DNA of 64,000 nt from Candidatus Latescibacterota bacterium (GTDB taxonomy: Bacteria; Latescibacterota; UBA2968), in contig OZ240241.1 of assembly GCA_965198115.1 (NCBI GenBank), positions 5,856,001 to 5,920,000 of the forward strand. The letters are read 5' to 3'. Under the pieces are notes generated by a model that saw only the letters and a program-made list of their open reading frames with translations, ran no database searches and was not told where the DNA came from. Every line of letters begins with the position of its first letter. Within the stretch, counting starts at the first letter, position 1. Of the stretch, positions 49,043-59,410 are shown piece by piece. The position numbers were made by a program, and so were the translations under genes.

Positions 49043-50119
49043 ATGACCACGCCTCCGAAAGATCTTCATCAGGTCGAAACGCTCACCGAGAGCCAGGTCG
49101 CGCAGTTCAAGCGTGACGGCCTGCTCGTGCTGCCCGAGGTACTCGACCCCGACCTCTGTCGACAGGCGCGGGACCAGCTGTGGGATGTGATCGGGGAGCA
49201 TCGGCCGAGCATGAAGCGGGACGATCCGTCGACGTGGGTCCCGTTTGAGGAGGGGGAGGCGGATCGCCTCCACCGACCCGAGGGCGGCGGAGATGCTTAC
49301 TTTTTCGGAAGCGGTCACCGGCTGTTCACGCGAAACGGTGCGGAAGAGCTCCTGCTGGACACGGCCGTGCGCGCGGTGTGGAACGTGGCCGAGCAGCTGC
49401 TGGGCGAGGTGGTTTGGCCGGCGGGACTGAATGAAGAAGGTGTGACCGTGGGTCCGTGCCTGATGACGGAGAAAAACGTGAATGGCATGGAAACCCACCT
49501 GGGGGACGAGGCTGAAGCGTGGACCGGGAAGGCGACAGGCAAAGTCGAGGAGCTTCGTCTGCCGAAAACGGGGCCCGTCTGGATGAACGCGCAGGGCGCG
49601 CGTGGCCTTTACTGCACGCTGCCGAACAGTCCGTCGCCGAAGGAGAACTATGGGGGGGCACACGCCGAAGCTCTGCTAGAGACGTTCTGGCGACTCCAGA
49701 TCGCGGCTTACATCGACGACGTTCCGCCGAAGGCGGGCGGTCTGACGTTGTGGCCAGGCAGCCACCGGCGGATCTGGGACTACTGGGAGGCCGTACACCG
49801 CGATGTGCCGCCGCCCGAAAGACCAGACGGCGTGCCCGAGTGGAACGGGTATACGGCACCGCCGTTGCCGGACATCAAGTCCGACACGGAACCGATCGTG
49901 ACGTCGGGACTGGCGGGGTCGGTGGTACTGTGGCACGCCAACCTGCTTCACATGGCCGGTCAGAACACGCGGTCTGACGTGATGCGCCAGGCCTCGATCC
50001 ATGCGTTCGCGAAAACACCCAAGTCGGTTCCGGCCGAGATGGTTGTGCGGGACCCGCACGGCGACCTGTGGCGGGATTGGTCGGAGGAGGTGCGGTCGAT
50101 CGAGATAGCAGTTTCGTGA
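49043..50119 (+). CDS. PhyH family dioxygenase, tandem copy 1
   Basis: FKRDGLLV, AHAE, LWPGSH, GSVVLWHANLLHMAGQN. Confidence 0.85.
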   Translation: MTTPPKDLHQVETLTESQVAQFKRDGLLVLPEVLDPDLCRQARDQLWDVIGEHRPSMKRDDPSTWVPFEEGEADRLHRPEGGGDAYFFGSGHRLFTRNGAEELLLDTAVRAVWNVAEQLLGEVVWPAGLNEEGVTVGPCLMTEKNVNGMETHLGDEAEAWTGKATGKVEELRLPKTGPVWMNAQGARGLYCTLPNSPSPKENYGGAHAEALLETFWRLQIAAYIDDVPPKAGGLTLWPGSHRRIWDYWEAVHRDVPPPERPDGVPEWNGYTAPPLPDIKSDTEPIVTSGLAGSVVLWHANLLHMAGQNTRSDVMRQASIHAFAKTPKSVPAEMVVRDPHGDLWRDWSEEVRSIEIAVS

Positions 50120-50191
50120 GCAAAGGCCCCAACCCCCCGCATCACCGATGCGTGACGTGGACCTCGAGTTGAACCATAAGGAACGGAGCCG

Positions 50192-51271
50192 ATGACTGAG
50201 CTTCCGAAAGATCTTCACCAGGTCGAGACACTCACCGAAACCCAGATCGCGCAGTTCAAACGTGACGGCATGCTCGTACTGCCCGGTGTGCTCGACCCGG
50301 ACCTCTGTGGAAAGGCGCGAGATCAGTTGTGGGATTCGATCGCAGAGCATCGACCCAGCATGAAGCGGGACGATCCGTCGACGTGGGTCCCGTTCACGGA
50401 GGAGGAGGAGGAACGGTTCGCGCAACGTCCGGAAGGCGGGGGCGATGCGTACTTCTTCGGCCACGGTCACCGGCTCTACACGCGAAACGGCGCCGAGGAG
50501 CTCCTGTTGAACACGGCGGTGCGCGGGCTGTGGAGCGTGGCCGAGCAGCTTTTGGGCGAGGGAGAGGTCGTATGGCCGGCCGGCGAGGACGAAGAGGGCC
50601 TGACGACGGGACCGTGCCTGCTGTCAGAGGGCAACGTCAAGGGCATGGAAACCCACCTGGGACCCAAGGCCGAAGCCTGGACCGGGAAACCGACGGGCAG
50701 AGTAGGGGAGCTGCGCTTGCCGAAAACGGGGCCCGTCTGGTCGACCGGGCAGGGCTCGCGGGGCCTCTACTGCACGCTGCCGAACAGTCCGCCACGGTAC
50801 GGTCACACGTCGGCACACGCCGAGGCCCTGTACGAGACGTACTGGCGGCTTCAGATCGGGGCCTACATCGACGACGTTCCCCCGAATGCGGGCGGCCTGA
50901 CGCTGTGGCCGGGCAGCCACCGGCGGATCTGGGATTACTGGGAGGCTGTACATCGTGACGCGCCGCCGCCCGACAGACCCGACGGCGTACCGAAGTGGGA
51001 CGGCCGCTCCGTCCCACCGCTTCCCGAGATCAGGTCCGATACGGAACCGGTCATGACGTCGGGGCCGGCGGGCTCGGTGGTGCTATGGCACGCGAACCTG
51101 CTGCACATGGCCGGGCAGAATACGCGACCCGACGTGATGCGTCAGGCATCGATCCATGCGTTTGCGAAGACGCCCGAGTCGGTTTCGACTGAGGTGGTGA
51201 TGCGGGACCCGAGCGGCGACCTTTGGCGGGATTGGTCTGAGGAGGTGCGGTCTGTTGAGATGGCGTCTTAG
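50192..51271 (+). CDS. PhyH family dioxygenase, tandem copy 2
   Basis: Close paralog of 49043-50119. Confidence 0.85.
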   Translation: MTELPKDLHQVETLTETQIAQFKRDGMLVLPGVLDPDLCGKARDQLWDSIAEHRPSMKRDDPSTWVPFTEEEEERFAQRPEGGGDAYFFGHGHRLYTRNGAEELLLNTAVRGLWSVAEQLLGEGEVVWPAGEDEEGLTTGPCLLSEGNVKGMETHLGPKAEAWTGKPTGRVGELRLPKTGPVWSTGQGSRGLYCTLPNSPPRYGHTSAHAEALYETYWRLQIGAYIDDVPPNAGGLTLWPGSHRRIWDYWEAVHRDAPPPDRPDGVPKWDGRSVPPLPEIRSDTEPVMTSGPAGSVVLWHANLLHMAGQNTRPDVMRQASIHAFAKTPESVSTEVVMRDPSGDLWRDWSEEVRSVEMAS

Positions 51272-51332
51272 GGCAAGTCAAAATGCAAAATGAGTAGGCG
51301 CATCAGGGAATCAACGGCTATCGGGATCTTCG

Positions 51333-53114
51333 ATGGATAGAGCCATTCCAGACGCAACCACCGGTGCCGCATCAGCCCTGGGCAAGACCGGCTTTACAGC
51401 TAACGGACGCGCACATCCCCACGGGCTGTACACCCGCTACTGGTTCGAGTACGGGACCGATTCCTCATTCGGACAGCGTACTGAGCCTGAGCCGCTGCCT
51501 GCCCGTAGGGCCGCCTACTATGCGGAGAGCTGGGATAAGGGATGCAACGGCTGGATGGGTGACTTCGGCTGCCAGGAACAGCATCTAACCGACGGTGGTC
51601 CTTCGAAAGGTTTTCTGCGGGTTACGGAACAGCCGGTACGCAGCGACTTCAACCACGATGCCTCCGGCGTCCTGCACCTGATGACCGGTCTTCACACTGG
51701 ACCGATCAATCCCGACGAGGCCGTTTACCTCGGTGGCGGGGATGGCGACCTTCGAAATGCCCACGTTTCGCTCTACCTACGCGGCCACAACTGGCAGCCG
51801 AACGGCTCGGAGTTCGGCCTCTGGCTTCAATGCCAGAGCAACATCGAGCTCGGTCACGATCCAGGATGGCGACGGGCGAACTACTCGTATTGCTCGCATC
51901 CCCTCACGGAGTACCTGCTCGACGGTGAATGGCGCCGAGTCGAGTTGGACCTGATCAACGACTCAACCCTGTGGACCTATGGGGGCAACAACAGCATTCA
52001 GCAGGGAGCTCACGCAGTCCGCTACGCTTACTGGCCGATCGACCAATGCCTGACCCACGCCAACGTCAATCTTCTCTTTCTGTCGACGTTCGTGAACCCC
52101 GAGAATCCGCCGACCGGCTCGGTAGACTTCGACGAGCTCGAGATCGCCTACTGTAACCGGTCGCTCATCTATCCAGGAAACGGTGGAGAGCTGATCAGTT
52201 GGCCGGAGCGATCACAGGACGACGCCTCCGCGTTGACCGACGGCTGGCGTACCGGCGAAGGTCGCACGTGGTGCAGCGCGCCTGATCCGGTCGATGCGCA
52301 GGAATTCGTCTACCGGTTCGAGCGTGAAGTCGTCGGCGATACCGTACAGCTCCATCAGCACGCCGAGTGGCCTGCGAAGGAAGTTGAAGTTCTGGTTTCG
52401 GATGATGGCGAGCTTTTTCGGAAGGTTCTCGAACTCATCCTTGACGAGTACGACTTGGACAATCAAGGGACCACGTTCGGGTTGGGGCGTGACCTTGATA
52501 TATCAGCTCGTTTCGTGAAGGTTAGGATCCTTTCGGGCTACAGGGATCGGCACTGGGGACTGGGCGAGATCGAGATCTTCGGATCGGGTGCCGAGCTGCC
52601 GCACGACGATGTGGGACAGCACGTCAGCTCCGACATCGTCGACCTGACACCGGACCAGACTTATCACTACCGGATGGTGGCTGAAAGCGATGCGGGCAGG
52701 AGCTATGGAGAGGAATGCACGTTTACGACGCCTGATTCAGAGAAGCCTCTGGCAATGACCGGCGACGCCACTCAAGTGACTGCAACGACGGCGAAACTGA
52801 ATGGTCGCATGAGTTCGATGGGCTGCGTCAGCTACTACTACTTCGAGTACGGAAGGACGCCCTACGAGGACACACCCTTCGGGAACGCAACAAATACCGC
52901 GGTCGAGTGGAAGCGGCCTTTGACGCCTTCTCCACAAGCTGTGCAGATGCCGGTGCCTGGAACGTTCGCCGGCTTACAGCCGACAATGCGTACTGTCGTG
53001 GACAACCTTAAGGATCTGGAGCCGGGTAGCACCTATCATTACAGGCTGGTTGCCGTTAATCAACACGGTGTCGCCTATGGCGGCGACGCTACGTTTACGA
53101 CCTCGGATCGTTAG
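51333..53114 (+). CDS. Protein with FN3-like repeats and an F5/8 (discoidin)-like domain
   Basis: ALTDG..W, KEVEVLVSDDG, ARFVKVRI, LGEIEIFG; two L.P..TYHYR.VA motifs. Confidence 0.65.
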   Translation: MDRAIPDATTGAASALGKTGFTANGRAHPHGLYTRYWFEYGTDSSFGQRTEPEPLPARRAAYYAESWDKGCNGWMGDFGCQEQHLTDGGPSKGFLRVTEQPVRSDFNHDASGVLHLMTGLHTGPINPDEAVYLGGGDGDLRNAHVSLYLRGHNWQPNGSEFGLWLQCQSNIELGHDPGWRRANYSYCSHPLTEYLLDGEWRRVELDLINDSTLWTYGGNNSIQQGAHAVRYAYWPIDQCLTHANVNLLFLSTFVNPENPPTGSVDFDELEIAYCNRSLIYPGNGGELISWPERSQDDASALTDGWRTGEGRTWCSAPDPVDAQEFVYRFEREVVGDTVQLHQHAEWPAKEVEVLVSDDGELFRKVLELILDEYDLDNQGTTFGLGRDLDISARFVKVRILSGYRDRHWGLGEIEIFGSGAELPHDDVGQHVSSDIVDLTPDQTYHYRMVAESDAGRSYGEECTFTTPDSEKPLAMTGDATQVTATTAKLNGRMSSMGCVSYYYFEYGRTPYEDTPFGNATNTAVEWKRPLTPSPQAVQMPVPGTFAGLQPTMRTVVDNLKDLEPGSTYHYRLVAVNQHGVAYGGDATFTTSDR

Positions 53115-53122
53115 ACCGACCG

Positions 53123-53743
53123 TCAGTGATAGAAGCGAACTTTCGGATCCCTAAAACGGCACGCGGTGTTGCGACCCCACGTGGCCAGAGCGATGCCGCC
53201 GCGTGTGCTGAAGTCGTCGGTGAGGCGGTTGACGAGCTGACCGTCGATATAAGTGTGGATGGAACGCCCGCGTACGGCGATCACGATGTCGTACTCCTGG
53301 CCGTATTCGAAGGTGAAATTTGCGACGTCGAGCTTCGTGACGCCCCGCACACCGCCTTTCTTCATAGTGACGGAAACCGCCTGCCATCCTGTGAGGAAGT
53401 CGAGAAAGTAGTAGTCCTTCCCGTTCTTTCGGAACTCGATCTGAAGGTTCGATCCCTTGACGAACGTGGCCGCGACCTTGAACTCGTAAGCGACCCACGT
53501 GGAATCCCCTGTAGCCAGTCTGGTGTGATGTTCTTCGCCCGAGTCCACGATAATGGTGTTGCCTTCACGCGACCACACCCCCTCTTCGGCCGCCGTCCAG
53601 CCGTCGAGCCCGTCACCCTCGAGCAGCGTTTCCCAGGCGATCTTTCCACGCATCCCACCGAGCTTGGACCTTCCGTAGTCGTTTGCCGGAGTCGGTTCCT
53701 CGGTCGAAGCCGGCAGTGACCAACTCACTAATGCGATCAGACT
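53123..53743 (-). CDS. DUF1080 (3-keto-disaccharide hydrolase-like) protein; 5' end at the IS junction
   Basis: W.TL..G..LDGW, G.IAL, FRD.KVR; a signal-peptide-like stretch abuts the ISAzo13 end. Confidence 0.7.
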   Translation of the reverse strand, partial: SLIALVSWSLPASTEEPTPANDYGRSKLGGMRGKIAWETLLEGDGLDGWTAAEEGVWSREGNTIIVDSGEEHHTRLATGDSTWVAYEFKVAATFVKGSNLQIEFRKNGKDYYFLDFLTGWQAVSVTMKKGGVRGVTKLDVANFTFEYGQEYDIVIAVRGRSIHTYIDGQLVNRLTDDFSTRGGIALATWGRNTACRFRDPKVRFYH

Positions 53744-55030
53744 TAGGGTTTGCCACGAAATAAGTGCTGCACTTTTCAAGGTAATGATCTTACGCTCGGA
53801 GTGTGGACGTCGAAACTCTCCGAACGAAGTATGAAGCCTTGGCTCCGGTGCTGACGGAACGCACGCGTCGTCTGTGGGCCGCCACGGAAGCCGAAGCGTT
53901 GGGTCACGGTGGGATCGCGATTGTGGCTCTGGCGACAGGAATGTCCAGAGAGCGGATCTTTCGTGGCATTCAGGAGTTGAGGTCGGACGAACCTTTGGAC
54001 CCGGCTCGCATCCGGCGTCCAGGCGGCGGTCGTAAGCGGAAGGCCGACACGGACCCGACGCTGTGGCAGGACCTGAATGATCTGGTCGAGCCAACGACTG
54101 CGGGGTCGCCTGACGACAATCCTCTGAGATGGACATCGAAGAGCACTCGCAAACTGGCCGCCGAGTTGCAAGCGATGGGGCATTCGGTGAGCCCCAGGAT
54201 CGTTGCCAATCTCCTGCACGAACACGATTACACGCTGCAGGCGAATCGGAAGACAAGGGAGGGATCTGCACACCCGGATCGGGACGCTCAGTTCGTTTAC
54301 CTCGATGATCGGATTAGCCAGCAGCAGCAGCAGGGCCTTCCCGTTATCTCGGTGGACACCAAGAAGAAAGAGTTGATCGGCGACTTCAAGAATCCTGGCC
54401 GAGAATGGCGACCCAAGGGAGACCCGGAGCGTGTGAAGGTACACGATTTCATAGTGCCTGCTCAGGGCAAGGCGATCCCTTATGGAGTGTATGATCTGAG
54501 CCGTGATGAAGGCTGGGTAAGTGTCGGTATCGATCACGACACGGCCAGCTTCGCCGTGAATGCGATCCGAAGTTGGTGGAAGAACATGGGACGGCCCGCC
54601 TACGGCACTTCGACGCATCTGCTAATCACGGCGGACGCAGGCGGCAGCAACGGCGCCAAGACGCGGCTGTGGAAGTGGGAGCTGCAGCGCTTTGCGAATC
54701 GCACTGGCCTGACGATCACCGTATGCCACTACCCTCCTGGCACTAGTAAGTGGAACAAGATCGAACATCGCCTGTTCTCCTTCATCGCTATGAACTGGGC
54801 GAGGCAAGCCCCTGGTCAGCCTGGCTGCAACCGTGAATCTCATTGCCGGAACGACCACTCAAGCCGGTCTCCGAGTACGCTCCGAGATCGACAAGCGACC
54901 CTACCCTAACGGGGTCAAGGTGACCGATGAACAGATGACCCAAATCGATCTCACTCCGCACGATTTCCACGGCGACTGGAACTACACGATCCGGCCAATG
55001 GCTCAACATTGAGATCGACCGTTTATTTAT

Positions 55031-56450
55031 GGCTATATTCGGATCTCTCAACGAGATGAAGTGGGTGAAGGTGCCGTGGTTCCTGGCATGGGGGCGCGGT
55101 TAGAGTGTGCGGAACCTCTTCGGAATCTGCTCAGGGATGTTTATGTCTCCGACGGTAAGGAAGATCATATCGTTGAATGCGTCGAGTGTGCGGAATCCGC
55201 TGGCTCGGTTCTTGACGATTTGGACGATTCGGTTGAGGCCTTCGGCGATGGCGTTGGTAAGACGCGTGTTCACGAATGCGAGGACGCCGAAGAAGTGCTG
55301 TCGCAGGGTCCTGACGAACTTTCGCAGGGGTTCAAGTCGACTTCTGAGTGCGGACGTCGTCCAGCATTTCAGGAAGCGTTCGGCAGCCCAGGGCGCTTTG
55401 TATTCCCAGAACTGCTCGAACTCGTCCTTGAGTCTCCAGGCTCTATAGATTCGGTAGTTCGCCTTCTCCAGTGCTTTGAGTGTCCGAGTATCCCCTCTGG
55501 AGCGTGTCGCTGAGTGCCGGTAGAGGAGCCATCGGAGGCCCTTCATGGCTTTGCGCTCATCCGGGGCAGCTTTACGCCACTGGTCCTTACGGACCTCGTC
55601 AACGGCGGCATTGAGAGCCTTGACGATGTGAAAGCGATCGAGGACCAGCTTGGCATTCGGACAGTGTTCCTGGATGGCTCCGATGTAAGCTTCGCTCATG
55701 TCGCAGCAGGCCCACTCGATCTTGGATCTCCGGTAGGGACTGAGAGCCTCTGTGAAGAACCGATCGATCGTTTTACGCGCCCTGCCGCGGCCAACCCACA
55801 CCACGCAGGAGCGGTCCAGATCGTAAACGAGCGTGGCGTACCTGTGACGCTTGGCGTAGGAGATCTCGTCGATCCCGATGGTTTTGAGCCCTCGGATACG
55901 ATGACCTTCACGAAGCCGCGTGATGGATCGGTGAAGGAGATCCGACAGCGTCGAGGCAGAGATGCGCAGCAACTCGGACGCCGCCTTCTGCGTCATGGTC
56001 TGGCAGTAGCGCAGCATGGCATACTCGAAGCGATACGTCACCCGAGAGAACCGCTCCGCCCACGGAATCTCCTCGACCACACGACCGTGGGTAGGACACC
56101 GAATCTCCCGAGGATGGTAGAGAAGCCAGACCCTCCACCCGCACACCGGAATGTCACGCCACCGACGCGGATGGGGCATTGTGCGGACGATTTTACCTCG
56201 ACGGCCGCACTCCGGACAACAACAACCATTCTTATGGGGCTTTACGGCGATGACGAAACAGCTTCTCCCCTCAAACCACCAGCTGACAACACGGAACCCC
56301 TTGAATCTCAGCAGTTTCGATAGTAATCTGCTCCCGGTCATAGGTCGCACCCCCTTCGCTTTGATTGTCCTACACACACAACCAAGCGTAGGGAACGATC
56401 TATGACCTTGTCATTCTATAGTTTCACCGTTGAGAAACCCGGATAGAGCC
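55031..56450 (-). mobile_element. ISL3-family element (1420 bp)
   Basis: TIR GGCTATATTCGG..CTCAAC / GTTGAG..CCGGATAGAGCC; 8-bp TSD TTATTTAT at 55023-55030 and 56451-56458. Confidence 0.93.
55100..56341 (-). CDS. ISL3-family transposase
   Basis: CPECG zinc finger, IGIDE, CDMS..Y, DRFHIVK, TNAIAEGLN, GFR. Confidence 0.93.
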   Translation of the reverse strand: MTGSRLLSKLLRFKGFRVVSWWFEGRSCFVIAVKPHKNGCCCPECGRRGKIVRTMPHPRRWRDIPVCGWRVWLLYHPREIRCPTHGRVVEEIPWAERFSRVTYRFEYAMLRYCQTMTQKAASELLRISASTLSDLLHRSITRLREGHRIRGLKTIGIDEISYAKRHRYATLVYDLDRSCVVWVGRGRARKTIDRFFTEALSPYRRSKIEWACCDMSEAYIGAIQEHCPNAKLVLDRFHIVKALNAAVDEVRKDQWRKAAPDERKAMKGLRWLLYRHSATRSRGDTRTLKALEKANYRIYRAWRLKDEFEQFWEYKAPWAAERFLKCWTTSALRSRLEPLRKFVRTLRQHFFGVLAFVNTRLTNAIAEGLNRIVQIVKNRASGFRTLDAFNDMIFLTVGDINIPEQIPKRFRTL

Positions 56451-56467
56451 TTATTTATTCGCGAACC

Positions 56468-59079
56468 CTAAGTCTCACCCGCACCCGAGTTTGTCTGTAG
56501 CTCGAGCGTAGCCGAAGAGGCGCCGACACCCAGGTTGTTACGGAGGCGGTTCCCGACGATGACGAACGACGTGTCGACACGTTCGTTCAGCTCGATCTCC
56601 GTTCCCAAGGATCCATCCGTCGAATTGGCAATCCACATTCGCTGCACCTGAGTCGGCGAGGTGATCGTCGCCCACGTCGTCACAGCGCCAAAGTCTGAGG
56701 AAGTCAGAACGATTCGGATGTTCGGCGAGCTCGTTCTTCCATCCGGAGCCGCCAGTCCCTGGTTCGGCACGAGCGTCGGGTCGACACCCCCGTTGTCCAC
56801 ATCGACGGCCTCCCAGGAAATGACCACCGGTTCCTCGACGGAAACCTGGATATCTTGCGCAGGTTGTGTTCCCCGGATGTAGGGCGGATGTCTGAAGACG
56901 ACACCCTGAGGTGTGGTACCAACTTCTGTGAAAGAGATAAGACGGCTGGTACTGCCACCAGTGATGATGCCGTAGATGTCGGTTCTCGGAACAGTCGTTC
57001 CCTCGGTTGCGGGTGCTGTGAAGTTCCAGATGTCCCGCGCGAACTGGTTGTCGAACATCCCGTCCGGATCTTCGGCGATACTGGTGACAATCGTATGCGT
57101 GTCATTGTCACCACGGTTCAGGAAGTTCAACAGATCCGTTCCGTTCGAGTTTCCACTCGTATAAGCCACGCTCTTAGAAACATCCCTAAAGCTGGATCGC
57201 GTGCTGTAGTAGAGATCGATGGACGCGTTATTGTCGACATCGACGTCTCCGGCCAAGCCCAGTGATCCCCACGAGATGGCCACAAATCGCTGGGCAGGTC
57301 CTGGGAGCAGGTTCTTTCCATCCAGGTCTTGCTGCATCTGCGTGACGTCGATCCCGGTAGTGACATCGATGTCTCCATCATTCTGCAGATCGAAGTCGTT
57401 TAACGAAAACGAGTCAGGGTTGATGTTGGGTGAGTGTGTCACCGTCAGCGTCGTAAAGCTTGGTGAAGATTGGAAGGGATCGTCCTGTACCTGCCGCAGT
57501 ACACGGTGACTGTCGACCCCGTCTGTTGCCGCGAAATACACCGAGAAGCTGCCTTCAGGTATGAAGTCCGTGACGAGCTGGGTAATACTGTCACGGGTCA
57601 AGCCGATGAATCCAAACGACTTCTCATTTATGGACAGCGTGTCCGATCCAGAGACCTTCGTCGCGTTGGCGACGCTGTCGATGCCCGTATCCACGAAGTT
57701 CGCGGAGGTAAGACCACTCTGCGTAGACACGAAGATGGTCATCTCAACATCCCCGGGATTGTCCACGTCTTCCAGCAGGTAGAGCAGTTCCACGACGCTC
57801 AGAGAGCTCGGTGTAGCCCCATTGTTCAGGCTGCTGATGGCAGCGCCTCGTTCTACGAAAGAACCGGTATCCAGGGTGATGTTCCGGTTGTCTTTTCGGT
57901 TGCCTGCGACAACGGCCATGCCAGGGATGTCACTCGGGACCTGGATGATCCCCGTGGAGGAGAAATCATCGCCACCGTCGTCATCGTAGTCCCAGCCCAC
58001 GATGATGAATTCAGGCGGATGATTCACGAGCAACGGACCACTTCGCGAAAGGAACGCACCTGCCGTGAAGACACCTCGACGGGTGTCATCGAAGTCGGCC
58101 TTGGCACTACCCCCGCTTGTGTTGTTCACAGAGGGGAATCGATCCGGTGCCGGGTCAGCGAGCACGTAGACATAGTAGACGGTGTTGTCGGTCGTCTCCT
58201 CGAGAGAGATGACGGCGTTCGTGCTATCTGCCGTCGTCGGTGCAAAAATGGTTGTGTAGTTCTCTCGAATAAAAGTGCGGGGTACGACACGCGGATTCTG
58301 CCGCTGCCGACTAATGGAGTGCGATCTGCGCCCAGTGTGAAGTGTGTCAGATCGGCCAACGTTGAGGGACGACGGATGAGAGTCGAATCGGTCGACAGGT
58401 AAAACGTGTAGATGATGTCCGGCCGGCCGTCAGAGAATCCGGTGGATGCGGATAGACCGGAAATGCCCGTATGGCTCAGATCAGGCAGCGCGCTCGGGAA
58501 ATCAATCTTGTAGAAGCGACCGCCGAGTGTCGTCGTGTCGCCAATCGTCGAATCAGGATCCGAGAACTGAAACTCTTGAACTCGCAAGTTCTGAAGTTTT
58601 GAAACCGTGGGTGTCTGGCGGGTACCCACGTCTGAGCTGAAATCGAGTGTATAGACGGTGTCGACACGCGATCCTTGGGGGATGCCCGCAAATGCGGTGG
58701 GCGTCGTGAGGTCGAATTCGACGGTGACGACGGAGTTGGCAGCCGTACCAGTCAGGCCAAACGCCAGGGTCGTTGTGGTCGGAGATCCCGCGAAGAACGA
58801 GTTCGTCGCCGCCCCGTTCGTCGTCGTCGTCACGGAGTTACTGACCACCGTGAGTTCGGCGGGAACGGTAATGGTGAACGCCCGAGTCGCCGGACCGGCA
58901 GTTCCACCCAGCGTGATATCGAATCGCTGGTGGTACTGATCGCCAGACAGGGGCTCGATGCCGTTGACAACCTCGTCGGGTTGCAGGGTCACGGTCTGGG
59001 CCTGGAGCGATCCAGTCCAGAATGCGACCAGCAGCGTCAACAGGATGCCCGATTTGCGTTGACGAATGAGTGGGTTCAT
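56468..59079 (-). pseudogene. Large secreted T/S/D-rich beta-sheet surface protein, frameshifted, stop supplied at the IS end
   Basis: Signal peptide MNPLIRQRKSGILLTLLVAFWTGSLQA; frameshifts near 58200-58300 join ORFs 58126-59079 and 56468-58165. Confidence 0.65.
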
Positions 59080-59338
59080 GGGGATTTTCCTGGTTCGGAG
59101 CCAGGAGAGCGATTGGTCTTACCCAAGCTACTGGTATTTCAGGTGGTTACGTCCGTGTAGTTACCTTCGATCGCCTCCATGACCGGTCCGTGGGGTCCCG
59201 GCTCTAATTGATGTAACTAGTTGTTTTTTTTGACCAACGATTCCATTCACCGGTCTATGTGGGTTGGCCGGATGCAGGCCCCCTTCTCATGTATCGGCGA
59301 TGGAGCTTGAGTCTTTAGTCCGACTCGAAACTTTTTTC

Positions 59339-59379
59339 AAAAAAAGTAAGGGCCGGAAGCAAACGCTCCCGGCCCTTTT
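59339..59379 (-). terminator. Rho-independent terminator after the ROK gene
   Basis: AAGGGCCGGGAGC-GTTT-GCTTCCGGCCCTT followed by ACTTTTTTT. Confidence 0.8.
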
Positions 59380-59410
59380 CCAATCTTTCAAACTTCAATG
59401 TGCAAATCCG

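Larger units (their letters stand above)
53744..56470 (+). mobile_element. ISAzo13-family element (transposase 53803-55012, frameshift near 54798) carrying an ISL3 at its right end
   Basis: Ends TAGGGTT..AAATAA / TTATTT..AACCCTA; ISVDTKKKELIG, ADAGGSNG, PPGTSKWNKIEHRLFS, HGDWNYTI. Confidence 0.85.
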
